DNA from: an uncultured virus (IMG/VR IMGVR_UViG_2706794685_000007)
Lineage: Duplodnaviria > Heunggongvirae > Uroviricota > Caudoviricetes
Reading direction: 5' to 3' (one strand)
DNA length: 20,000 bases
Virus record (IMG/VR): IMGVR_UViG_2706794685_000007
Shown: positions 1 to 6,547 of the stretch, piece by piece
How positions within the stretch are numbered: the stretch's first letter is position 1
How the letters are laid out: each line of letters opens with the position of its first letter
The notes under the pieces: generated by a model
What the model saw: the letters and a program-made list of their open reading frames with translations, nothing else
Databases searched by the model: none
Told to the model about the DNA's origin: nothing
Translations under genes and position numbers: made by a program

Positions 1-75
1 AATCAAATTTTGCGGTGTAAATTCTGGACTCATCCACACATTACCATTTGACTGAGTAATTGACATCCCGAACAT
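1..75 (-). CDS. N-terminal fragment of a probable phage tail-tip accessory protein (runs off the window)
   Basis: Manual translation from ATG at 75 gives MFGMSITQSNGNVWMSPEFTPQNLI, open to the window edge. It starts 5 nt after the stop of 81..362. The N-terminus resembles proteins found beside phage host-specificity genes (from memory). Confidence 0.55.
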   Translation of the reverse strand, partial: MFGMSITQSNGNVWMSPEFTPQNLI

Positions 76-80
76 TATTG

Positions 81-362
81 TTATCCCCAATATGTATATA
101 TATAAGATCCAAGTCCCTTGTATAAATTTGACCAACTTACTGTATTGCCGTTAATAGTGATAGTTGGTGTAGGTATATTTACATGGTTATCGTTATTTAA
201 AGGCATCAATGAGCACACAGCATGTAATGATTTGCCAGGTGGTGGATTTGGGTAAGTCTTAGAGCCTGACGTGGTTGTAAATCGATCAAGAAAAAAAATA
301 GGAGTAAGGAAGCCGGTAACGTTAACTCCCTTATTATTGTAGATCCCTGTACCGTATGCCAT
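81..362 (-). CDS. hypothetical protein, possibly a phage tail-associated small beta-rich protein
   Basis: 93 aa ORF (MAYGTGIYNNKG...YIYTYWG) with AAGGA RBS upstream; AT-rich DNA. Confidence 0.6.
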   Translation of the reverse strand: MAYGTGIYNNKGVNVTGFLTPIFFLDRFTTTSGSKTYPNPPPGKSLHAVCSLMPLNNDNHVNIPTPTITINGNTVSWSNLYKGLGSYIYTYWG

Positions 363-388
363 TTTTCATCCTTGTTTTTATCAACATA

Positions 389-412
389 ATATGGCCGATC
401 ATGCGGCCATAT
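389..412. terminator. hairpin between genes (possible terminator or processing site)
   Basis: ATATGGCCG-atcatg-CGGCCATAT inverted repeat just after the stop of 417..986; weak U tract. Confidence 0.4.
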
Positions 413-416
413 CAGA

Positions 417-986
417 TCAATTAGAGCTTTGAAAGGCTTTGTGTGGCTGTGTTGCGAGGTTATGTCGATGGCTTAACTCACGCATCATGTCTTCAAGGCG
501 ACTCTTTGTGTCGTCGAGTTGGTCAGCCATTGCTCCTAAAAGCTGACGAACTACCATCGGATCGTCGCTGTTTAGTGATGGCATTTTATAACCCGCCTGA
601 GAAGACATCAGATTGAATGCTGACATCAACATCGTTAGAGAGGATTTAAGCCCGGCAATTTCACGATCTTTGCTGGCAATAATCGTCTCACTTTTGTTAC
701 TGTCATGAGTTCCTTGAGTCTCGATCACCATATCCAAAGTCTCTTGCAACTTATCAGCTCTCTGTTTTTCAGCAAGATAATGAACACCGAAATGATGTGC
801 TAAAGCTACAACCTGAGTTGGCTCTTCAAAGGTGGACTCAAAATTAAGTGCTGTAACCACTCTCTCAAAAATGGAAACGTCTTCTATTCCTCGAAGAATG
901 GCTAACATTTTGACAAGTTCATTAGCATCCATTTCTTCGAATAGGGCGTTTTGTTCATCAGCTATTGCTTTGCATTTCTCGCACAT
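417..986 (-). CDS. hypothetical helical/coiled-coil protein
   Basis: 189 aa ORF with AAGGAAAACAT-ATG RBS, N-terminal CxxC and heptad-like C-terminal half. Confidence 0.75.
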   Translation of the reverse strand: MCEKCKAIADEQNALFEEMDANELVKMLAILRGIEDVSIFERVVTALNFESTFEEPTQVVALAHHFGVHYLAEKQRADKLQETLDMVIETQGTHDSNKSETIIASKDREIAGLKSSLTMLMSAFNLMSSQAGYKMPSLNSDDPMVVRQLLGAMADQLDDTKSRLEDMMRELSHRHNLATQPHKAFQSSN

Positions 987-1004
987 ATGTTTTCCTTAAT
1001 GCTT

Positions 1005-1017
1005 AAACAAGTTGTTT
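1005..1017. promoter_or_regulatory. palindromic motif B (AAACAA-G-TTGTTT), copy 1
   Basis: Palindrome just upstream of the RBS of 417..986; recurs at 1733-1747 and 11953-11963. Confidence 0.6.
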
Positions 1018-1125
1018 TCTTATTGGCTTTATTGTGATGTGGCATAAAAGGGGAGCAAGCTAAACGTAAAGGTGCAAACTCTCTATTTCGGTCAACGAAA
1101 CACAATGGCCATTTGACCCTTGTCA

Positions 1126-1284
1126 TTAACACGTTGCTTTACGGACTAGCGGATAAGCGAAGTAGATCGCCAGACCAATGAGGACGCCATCAGAAATGAC
1201 AGACATCATCTTTCCCGTAAAATCCACCAACACCGCCATCACCAGAAGAGCAATGACGGTCACAAGCCGGAATCTCTCAAGCAT
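1126..1284 (-). CDS. small two-TM membrane protein, DUF3927-like (missed by the ORF track)
   Basis: Manual translation MLERFRLVTVIALLVMAVLVDFTGKMMSVISDGVLIGLAIYFAYPLVRKATC* (52 aa). Its ATG overlaps the TAA of the TerB-like gene (TAATG). The VDFT..MSV..DG pattern matches the DUF3927 family as I recall it. Confidence 0.75.
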   Translation of the reverse strand: MLERFRLVTVIALLVMAVLVDFTGKMMSVISDGVLIGLAIYFAYPLVRKATC

Positions 1285-1709
1285 TAGAGATAAGCATCCA
1301 GTGACAACTGAAGCGCCTGGGCGATCTTTTTCAGCGCCTGCTCTTCTGGTTCATCAATGCCGTCTTGGTCGGCAATATCAAGGCACAGACAAAGTACATC
1401 TACTGCATCATCAGTCCCGGCCACATCCGCCAGCTCACGTAAAGCCTGGGCATTAGCACGGCGCGGTGAGGCTTCGTATTGAGCGCGGATATTGGCGCTC
1501 ATCTGGGCAATCTCACCAGCAAAAGGAGAAAATGCAGGCAGAGCTGCAATTGTTTTCTCAAGAATGGAAATTTCTTTTGCATCGCATGTACCGTTGGCAT
1601 AGGAGATCATGTACCCACCCCACACGGTGGCTTCAACCGCATCACGGTTCTCCATTTTTTTGACTTCGATAACTGCTTTACGAGTTTTCTTTTTGAAGAA
1701 ACCTAACAT
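1284..1709 (-). CDS. TerB-family (tellurite resistance-like) phage protein
   Basis: 141 aa with TerB-like motifs (ISYANGTCDAKE; IADQDGIDEPEEQALKKIAQAL) and AAGGAAAACAC-ATG RBS. Confidence 0.8.
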   Translation of the reverse strand: MLGFFKKKTRKAVIEVKKMENRDAVEATVWGGYMISYANGTCDAKEISILEKTIAALPAFSPFAGEIAQMSANIRAQYEASPRRANAQALRELADVAGTDDAVDVLCLCLDIADQDGIDEPEEQALKKIAQALQLSLDAYL

Positions 1710-1732
1710 GTGTTTTCCTTTTGTTATTGGTC

Positions 1733-1747
1733 AAAACAAGTTGTTTT
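1733..1747. promoter_or_regulatory. palindromic motif B, copy 2
   Basis: AAAACAA-G-TTGTTTT upstream of the TerB-like gene RBS. Confidence 0.6.
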
Positions 1748-1802
1748 CTAGTTAAATAAATTGCTTACGCAAAGACGGTCAATGCATATGCACTAACAAC
1801 CG

Positions 1803-1991
1803 TCAGAAATAACCAAGTACCGAACCGACTGGAAAAATAAAAATCCCAACTACACGAGCCAAGGTCATGCCAGCCTGAAACTGGAGATCGCCAGAGCAAA
1901 CAAGTTTTATAATGTTCGATACCCAACCGGCGGCCATGAGGGCAAGAATTGCCAGCCAAATTTTTCCAAAGTGATTTGAAAACCAGTTCAT
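1803..1991 (-). CDS. small membrane protein (two hydrophobic segments)
   Basis: 62 aa, IWLAILALMAAGWV and LARVVGIFIFPVGSVLGYF; starts 9 nt after the upstream stop. Confidence 0.7.
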   Translation of the reverse strand: MNWFSNHFGKIWLAILALMAAGWVSNIIKLVCSGDLQFQAGMTLARVVGIFIFPVGSVLGYF

Positions 1992-2000
1992 ACAACCGCC

Positions 2001-2495
2001 TTAGTCACAGCATGATCCTGAGTAACTGGATGAACTTGAGGTATCGCATCCACCGTCATCCCATCCAGAGTGACAGGTCGCTCTACTGGAGTGGTGGTAA
2101 TTGTCGTCGACGGAGGTGTGGTGATGGATGAATCCGGCATCAAAAGGCTCTGACCGGCTGGAACGGCTACCGTCGCCAGTGAAACTATAATGAGAACGTA
2201 GGCCATTGGTTTCAGCCTCTTTCTTTGAAAATTTTCCATTCGAACTGTCCTTGTTGTTTTTCTCCTTCACTAAAGGCCGTGCATTTTTCGCTTCGCGTGA
2301 AGAACCAGAGGCAACAATCGCCCACACGTTCGCAACAACTGACGCTTGATTATCTAAACGTTCATTCAGCAACCGAACGGTAGTCTCTAGTTCATCAAGG
2401 CGTGACATAACACGACCGCTAAATAATTCGGCCAAAATTTGACGTAAAGAACGAGGACGTTTAGTTACAGAAGTGAAATAGGTTTGACGTGCCAT
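2001..2495 (-). CDS. hypothetical phage protein with His/Ser/Asp/Cys-rich low-complexity tail
   Basis: ORF track 2001..2516; a better start is ATG 2495 after GGAG. Short coiled coil, C-terminus HHH...DDGGCDTSSSSSYSGSCCD. Confidence 0.7.
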   Translation of the reverse strand: MARQTYFTSVTKRPRSLRQILAELFSGRVMSRLDELETTVRLLNERLDNQASVVANVWAIVASGSSREAKNARPLVKEKNNKDSSNGKFSKKEAETNGLRSHYSFTGDGSRSSRSEPFDAGFIHHHTSVDDNYHHSSRATCHSGWDDGGCDTSSSSSYSGSCCD

Positions 2496-2524
2496 GTGGA
2501 CTCCATCCAGTGTCATAAAGAGTT

Positions 2525-2546
2525 GCGGCTGGCAATCGCCAGCCGC
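2525..2546. other. GC-rich hairpin downstream of rnhA / in the leader of 2001..2495
   Basis: GCGGCTGGC-aatc-GCCAGCCGC perfect 9 bp stem. Confidence 0.5.
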
Positions 2547-2625
2547 CTTTCTCGTTCCATCCTGGAACTGTGTCTTACCGACACATTGTCATCCTGACGC
2601 CGATAAGATACATGATTTATAATGA

Positions 2626-2643
2626 TAGGTAAACACTTACTTA
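2626..2643. promoter_or_regulatory. operator-like motif A (TARRTA-N6-TAYYTA), copy 1
   Basis: TAGGTA aacact TACTTA, overlapping the rnhA stop codon; four more copies in the window. Confidence 0.65.
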
Positions 2644-3234
2644 CTGTTTGTTATAAACAAAACCAATATCTTTCTTGTGAGGCATATCTGCTGCTGAAAA
2701 AGCTGCGATCTTCGCGAGTCGATCACATATTTCATTTTCACGATGCCCGGCGTGACCTTTAACCCACTTCCAGCGAACATTATGTCGACTTGCGGCCTCA
2801 TCCAGACGCTTCCACAGATCAACATTCTTTACCGGTTTTTTGTCAGAAGTCATCCATCCATTGCGTTTCCACCATTTCATCCACTGTGTCATGCCGTTTT
2901 TCAGATACTGGCTATCAGAGTGCAAAATAACGTTGCATGGATATTTCAAACGCTCCAGCCCGATAAGTGCCCCCATCATCTCCATGCGGTTATTGGTGGT
3001 GCTATGAAAACCATCTGAGAACTCGCGTTCCTCGCCACGATACTGGAGAACGATACCGTAACCGCCCGGGCCACCCGGATTTTTAAGGCAAGAGCCATCA
3101 CTAAAGATTTTCACGGTTTTAAGCTGGGGATTGAACTCTACGACAGGCGTTGTGGGATTGGTGCGGGGAGAATTTTTGTTTTTGTCTTTTTTGCGAGTTT
3201 TTGCTTGCGGTCGGGCTGGTGTCTTCGTTGTCAT
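2641..3234 (-). CDS. rnhA: ribonuclease HI with basic N-terminal extension
   Basis: RNase HI motifs FSDGS..NPG, TTNNRME, SDSQY, WVKGHAG..NE.CD.LA with all catalytic acidic residues present. Start at ATG 3234 after AGGAG (the ORF track start at 3318 runs into the structured non-coding element). Confidence 0.95.
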   Translation of the reverse strand: MTTKTPARPQAKTRKKDKNKNSPRTNPTTPVVEFNPQLKTVKIFSDGSCLKNPGGPGGYGIVLQYRGEEREFSDGFHSTTNNRMEMMGALIGLERLKYPCNVILHSDSQYLKNGMTQWMKWWKRNGWMTSDKKPVKNVDLWKRLDEAASRHNVRWKWVKGHAGHRENEICDRLAKIAAFSAADMPHKKDIGFVYNKQ

Positions 3235-3321
3235 ATAAACTCCTGAATCAAGCGCCGCGCCGATTTTTCCTCGCGCGTGCGCACACGCGTGCGTGTTAAT
3301 AATTATTAAAATAAACAAATT

Positions 3322-3763
3322 ACTTCCCAGAACAGGTTTTTATAAACCTGAACTGAACGAACGAAGTGAGTGAAGTTCACCTCGAACGAAGTGAGAGGTT
3401 GTCTTTTCAGGTAATACTCTCCCAGGGAGGTGAGTATAAAATTCCTCACCAACCTGGTCGTTTCATAACCTGAAAAGCTATGGTCTAAGTCTACTGCCAG
3501 CTTAGACTTGGGAAGTTATGGATGACAGCACCCCAGAACCGAGATCTTCCCACACTTTATGAAGGGGAGTACTGGATTCAACCTCTCGAAACACCCCAGA
3601 CTCGACAATCATAAAGTGACCCTTGTCTCCGCTCACTTTGGTTCCCCCTTCCCCGACACCTAAACGGCACCGGTTCTACGCTGGTAGTGAGCTTTTTTAA
3701 ACCTGACGCCAGTGACGCTTACCCCCACCCATCAGGTCGAGTCTCCAGTCTACGACTGGAAAC
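3322..3763 (-). ncRNA. putative large structured non-coding element (RNA and/or ssDNA) upstream of rnhA
   Basis: No ORF of 60 aa or more. At least ten helices read by eye: 3322-3329/3509-3516, 3333-3350, 3350-3378, 3379-3399, 3403-3412/3468-3477, 3483-3489/3501-3507, 3553-3562/3609-3618, 3598-3606/3736-3744, 3631-3637/3686-3692, 3744-3760. Predicted promoter immediately upstream. Confidence 0.65.
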
Positions 3764-3769
3764 TATCAG

Positions 3770-3798
3770 ATCTTAGCACTTACAATTCATCTTATGAA
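3770..3798 (-). promoter_or_regulatory. predicted sigma70 promoter for the structured element and rnhA
   Basis: Minus strand TTCATA (3798-3793), 17 nt spacer ending in TGC, then TAAGAT (3775-3770), i.e. an extended -10. The predicted TSS near 3763 falls just before the first hairpin. Confidence 0.55.
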
Positions 3799-3815
3799 TA
3801 GTTTGTACTTATCTA

Positions 3816-4046
3816 TCATTTCGATTGATTATTTTCTCGACCATGTAGTTGAACATTCAAGGCAAACACCTCGTTGATCAACTCACCTAAAAGCTGTTCA
3901 ACAAGTTCGCGATGCTCCCCAAGATGCAAGCACTTAATTGCCCACTCGTACAAGTTGAAAGCCTGCTCACGATCTTTCATCATTTCACGAGCCTGGGCCA
4001 GAAAATCGCTGTCTACGAGCGCAACGACATTAGTCGGGTATGACAT
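3816..4046 (-). CDS. hypothetical small helical protein
   Basis: ORF track 3816..4070; a better start is ATG 4046 (MSYPTNVV) after AAGGAAACCAAC. Confidence 0.7.
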   Translation of the reverse strand: MSYPTNVVALVDSDFLAQAREMMKDREQAFNLYEWAIKCLHLGEHRELVEQLLGELINEVFALNVQLHGRENNQSK

Positions 4047-4152
4047 GTTGGTTTCCTTAAAGTGGTTCATAAAATCGATTTTAAAGCGTCTGGGAAGGGG
4101 GGTCTAGTGGATTCTGTAGTGATGTTCAGGTCTGGAGTCTCTGATACAAAAC

Positions 4153-4213
4153 AGCCTGCTTCCGTATATTAATAATTAATATGTAGTTATTTATATATAT
4201 ACAGAAGCAGGCT
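4153..4213. repeat. long inverted repeat with AT-rich centre
   Basis: AGCCTGCTTC-c-GTATAT ... ATATAC-a-GAAGCAGGCT around an almost pure A/T spacer. Confidence 0.7.
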
Positions 4214-4234
4214 AATTACAGACGCCAGAACAAA

Positions 4235-4828
4235 CTAAGCAGCCTTCTTTGATGGTCTTTTTTTCCTGATCACATTCGCAGGATCATACCCTCCCAGACT
4301 TTTCATGACGTCCAAAGGGATCTTGCTTATAGAGTGCCCAGCGTCCTGACAGAATCCTCGAAAAACAACGAGCATACTGCCACCGGGGTTGATGTTTACT
4401 TCTACCTGACCCAAATTGACGTCAGGCTCGACAAACGCTACGCGGCCACCAGACAGAATAATCGTCTCATTCGCATACTCTGTTGCACGCTCATACCACT
4501 TTGTATCGAGGGATTGAGGAATTAGCATCACTGTAGTAACTCCGCGAGCCTGCTCACGTATAGCAGCATCAATCCAGGGGGAGATTTTGGAGTAGGGTGG
4601 ATTGAGGAAGGCAATTGTACCTGGCTGTCCCCATTCAGATTTCAAAGCATCACGCTCAATGCCTATGAAATTAGGCAGCTTTGCGTTGTCCTTGTTGCAG
4701 GCAACGTCAACATCAAATGTCACTCCAAGATAACGTTGAATGGCAGAAAACAGCCAATCAGGTGTTCTCCAGAGGTCACGAAGAGAGTTGTCGCGCTTTC
4801 GCTGTTTGATTTTTTCGGCTGCAATCAT
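4235..4828 (-). CDS. phage DNA N6-adenine methyltransferase (phage Dam family)
   Basis: DLWRTP..LF, FDVDVA, FLNPPYS catalytic motif, VMLIP, GRVAF; no cognate restriction gene adjacent. Confidence 0.9.
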   Translation of the reverse strand: MIAAEKIKQRKRDNSLRDLWRTPDWLFSAIQRYLGVTFDVDVACNKDNAKLPNFIGIERDALKSEWGQPGTIAFLNPPYSKISPWIDAAIREQARGVTTVMLIPQSLDTKWYERATEYANETIILSGGRVAFVEPDVNLGQVEVNINPGGSMLVVFRGFCQDAGHSISKIPLDVMKSLGGYDPANVIRKKRPSKKAA

Positions 4829-4840
4829 CTTCTTTCTCGA

Positions 4841-4858
4841 TAGGTAAGTAAATACCTA
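4841..4858. promoter_or_regulatory. operator-like motif A, copy 2
   Basis: TAGGTA agtaaa TACCTA (perfect half-sites), 12 nt upstream of the methyltransferase ATG. Confidence 0.7.
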
Positions 4859-4892
4859 TTTTTGCATTTGATTTTATGTATGGCAATCAAAT

Positions 4893-4970
4893 AAAACGCG
4901 CCAGAAATGCGAACAAGAAGCTCTCTGGCGCGTTTTTTTGGTGCTGGGTATGGGTTATCTTACCCAGCAC
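4893..4970. terminator. tandem hairpins, probable bidirectional terminator after 5011..5820
   Basis: AAAACGCGCCAGA/TCTGGCGCGTTTT (4893-4936) and GTGCTGGGTA/TACCCAGCAC (4941-4970). Confidence 0.55.
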
Positions 4971-5010
4971 TATAAAGCTCTCTATGGGCTTTATTTTCAG
5001 TAGGGGAACG

Positions 5011-5820
5011 TCATCCAATAGTGTACTCCGCGACAAACTTCTTAACGATCGGTGATTCTTCGTTCAATGTTAGATTTCCACCGTCTCTAACGGCAATTCC
5101 TGTAGCTGGAAATACAGCCATCATTTGCCCAGCCTGAGTTGACGCAGTGTTAAGCGGATACGGTTTTTCTGGATTGCTCATTAAAGCAATCTTAATACTA
5201 TTACTTGTAGCCTTCTTTTCTGTAAGAAGGTGTCTCATGGAAATTACCGTGTAAACACTAATATCTGGACCTCCGCTAAACCAATTAAGAAGGTTTAATA
5301 TCTTATCCTTCGCTTTGACAGGCGCGTTTTCGTAAGCGTCTAAGAAAATATCTTTTTCTAAGCCTGCTTTATTGAAAAACGAATCATCTTTATCACTTAA
5401 AGTAAAACTAGGACCTCTTGCAGCACGAGTTTTTTTATTTGTATTGCTATCATTTGACTGTTGAACTTTTAATTCATCATTAACCTCAACACAATCTTCA
5501 ACCTCAATGATCCCCAACTGTTCTGGCTCATTTTCGGCAGCTTCACCACTTTCAGCGTTAATTACGTTTATAGGCTCATGCGCTAACTCCAACTCATTTA
5601 AAGCAGAGCTGAAATCACCTGCTTTTTCTTCATTGAACAGTTCTTCGGCAACATCATCAGAACTCATGGCTACGCCAGCATCGATGCCGAGAAGCAGATC
5701 GTCAATATCATCAGTATTTTCAACCTGTGCAGCTTTTTTTACTGGTTCATCAAGTGATTGCAACATGGCTGTCAGCTCATCCAGATCATCATTTGTCATT
5801 ACATTTTCAACCGAACTCAT
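5011..5820 (-). CDS. hypothetical protein with highly acidic N-terminal half and globular (possibly winged-helix-like) C-terminus
   Basis: 269 aa ORF with AAGGAG RBS; the first ~120 aa are D/E-rich. Confidence 0.8.
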   Translation of the reverse strand: MSSVENVMTNDDLDELTAMLQSLDEPVKKAAQVENTDDIDDLLLGIDAGVAMSSDDVAEELFNEEKAGDFSSALNELELAHEPINVINAESGEAAENEPEQLGIIEVEDCVEVNDELKVQQSNDSNTNKKTRAARGPSFTLSDKDDSFFNKAGLEKDIFLDAYENAPVKAKDKILNLLNWFSGGPDISVYTVISMRHLLTEKKATSNSIKIALMSNPEKPYPLNTASTQAGQMMAVFPATGIAVRDGGNLTLNEESPIVKKFVAEYTIG

Positions 5821-5941
5821 GTAAGTCTCCTTCTGTTTAGTTGCATTTGCGTTTCGATGGCTACATTTTGACTAAACCTATCAGGCGGAAAAGTATTAAA
5901 TACAGGCAGGAAATGATTGAAAGGCGACTGTTCTTTAAAAG

Positions 5942-5976
5942 AAAGCCTGCTTCAAACTCTCTTTAAAGCAGGCTTT
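5942..5976 (-). terminator. probable intrinsic terminator after the exonuclease
   Basis: AAAGCCTGCTT...AAGCAGGCTTT stem followed on the minus strand by CTTTT, 4 nt after the stop. Confidence 0.55.
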
Positions 5977-5980
5977 TGTT

Positions 5981-6538
5981 TTACACAATTTCAGAGGGTA
6001 ATTTAAAAAATCCGTATTTATTACGTGCCTTAAAGAAGCATTGCATCATTAAGTTTGTGTCATATAAGGCACTATGTGCTTTGGCATGATCGTATATAAA
6101 GCCAAGAGAGAAGGCCAATTCTTCAAGGCGAGGACGTTTACCGTCTTCTGTGGCCCACAATCCCGATAACATAGTATCTATAACGGGAACGTCTGGCAGT
6201 CTTACTCCATACCCTGAAAACTCGTGTCTAATAAATGGTATATCAAACGCTTCGCCGTTATGAGCAACCCACGCACTACATGCCTCCATATAAGCGCCAA
6301 TTTCGCTAGCATGATTTGACAACAAAGGTTCAGCTGCGAGCTGTTCTAATGAAATGCCATGAACGGCTTGAGCTTTCGGATCTATGTTTCTGCGAGGGTT
6401 AAAACGCATCTCCAGACTATCAATATGTCTCTGTGTCTCCAGTTCATAGCGGGTAATTGCGATTTCAATAATTTTATGACCAGCAAGGAAATCCAGTCCC
6501 GTAGACTCGATATCGATGCCTGCAACAATCGTTGTCAT
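5981..6538 (-). CDS. DEDDh 3'-5' exonuclease (DNA polymerase III epsilon-like)
   Basis: ExoI IDIESTGL, ExoII AHNGEAFD, ExoIII HSALYD. Confidence 0.92.
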   Translation of the reverse strand: MTTIVAGIDIESTGLDFLAGHKIIEIAITRYELETQRHIDSLEMRFNPRRNIDPKAQAVHGISLEQLAAEPLLSNHASEIGAYMEACSAWVAHNGEAFDIPFIRHEFSGYGVRLPDVPVIDTMLSGLWATEDGKRPRLEELAFSLGFIYDHAKAHSALYDTNLMMQCFFKARNKYGFFKLPSEIV

Positions 6539-6547
6539 CAGAACTCC

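Noticed and set aside
3350..3400. Repeated CGAACGAAGTGAG as a CRISPR array or iteron set
   Set aside because: Only two copies 25 nt apart, no spacers of CRISPR length and no cas genes; better explained as hairpins.
3564..3770. GGGGAGTACTGGATTCAAC resembles a tmRNA 5' end
   Set aside because: No T-arm (GGTTCGA), no matching acceptor stem or CCA, no tag ORF, and it is on the strand opposite the predicted promoter.
3240..3800. Complete canonical retron, group I/II intron or RNase P RNA
   Set aside because: No reverse transcriptase in the window, no clear a1/a2 inverted repeats enclosing both domains, and no recognisable intron or RNase P consensus.
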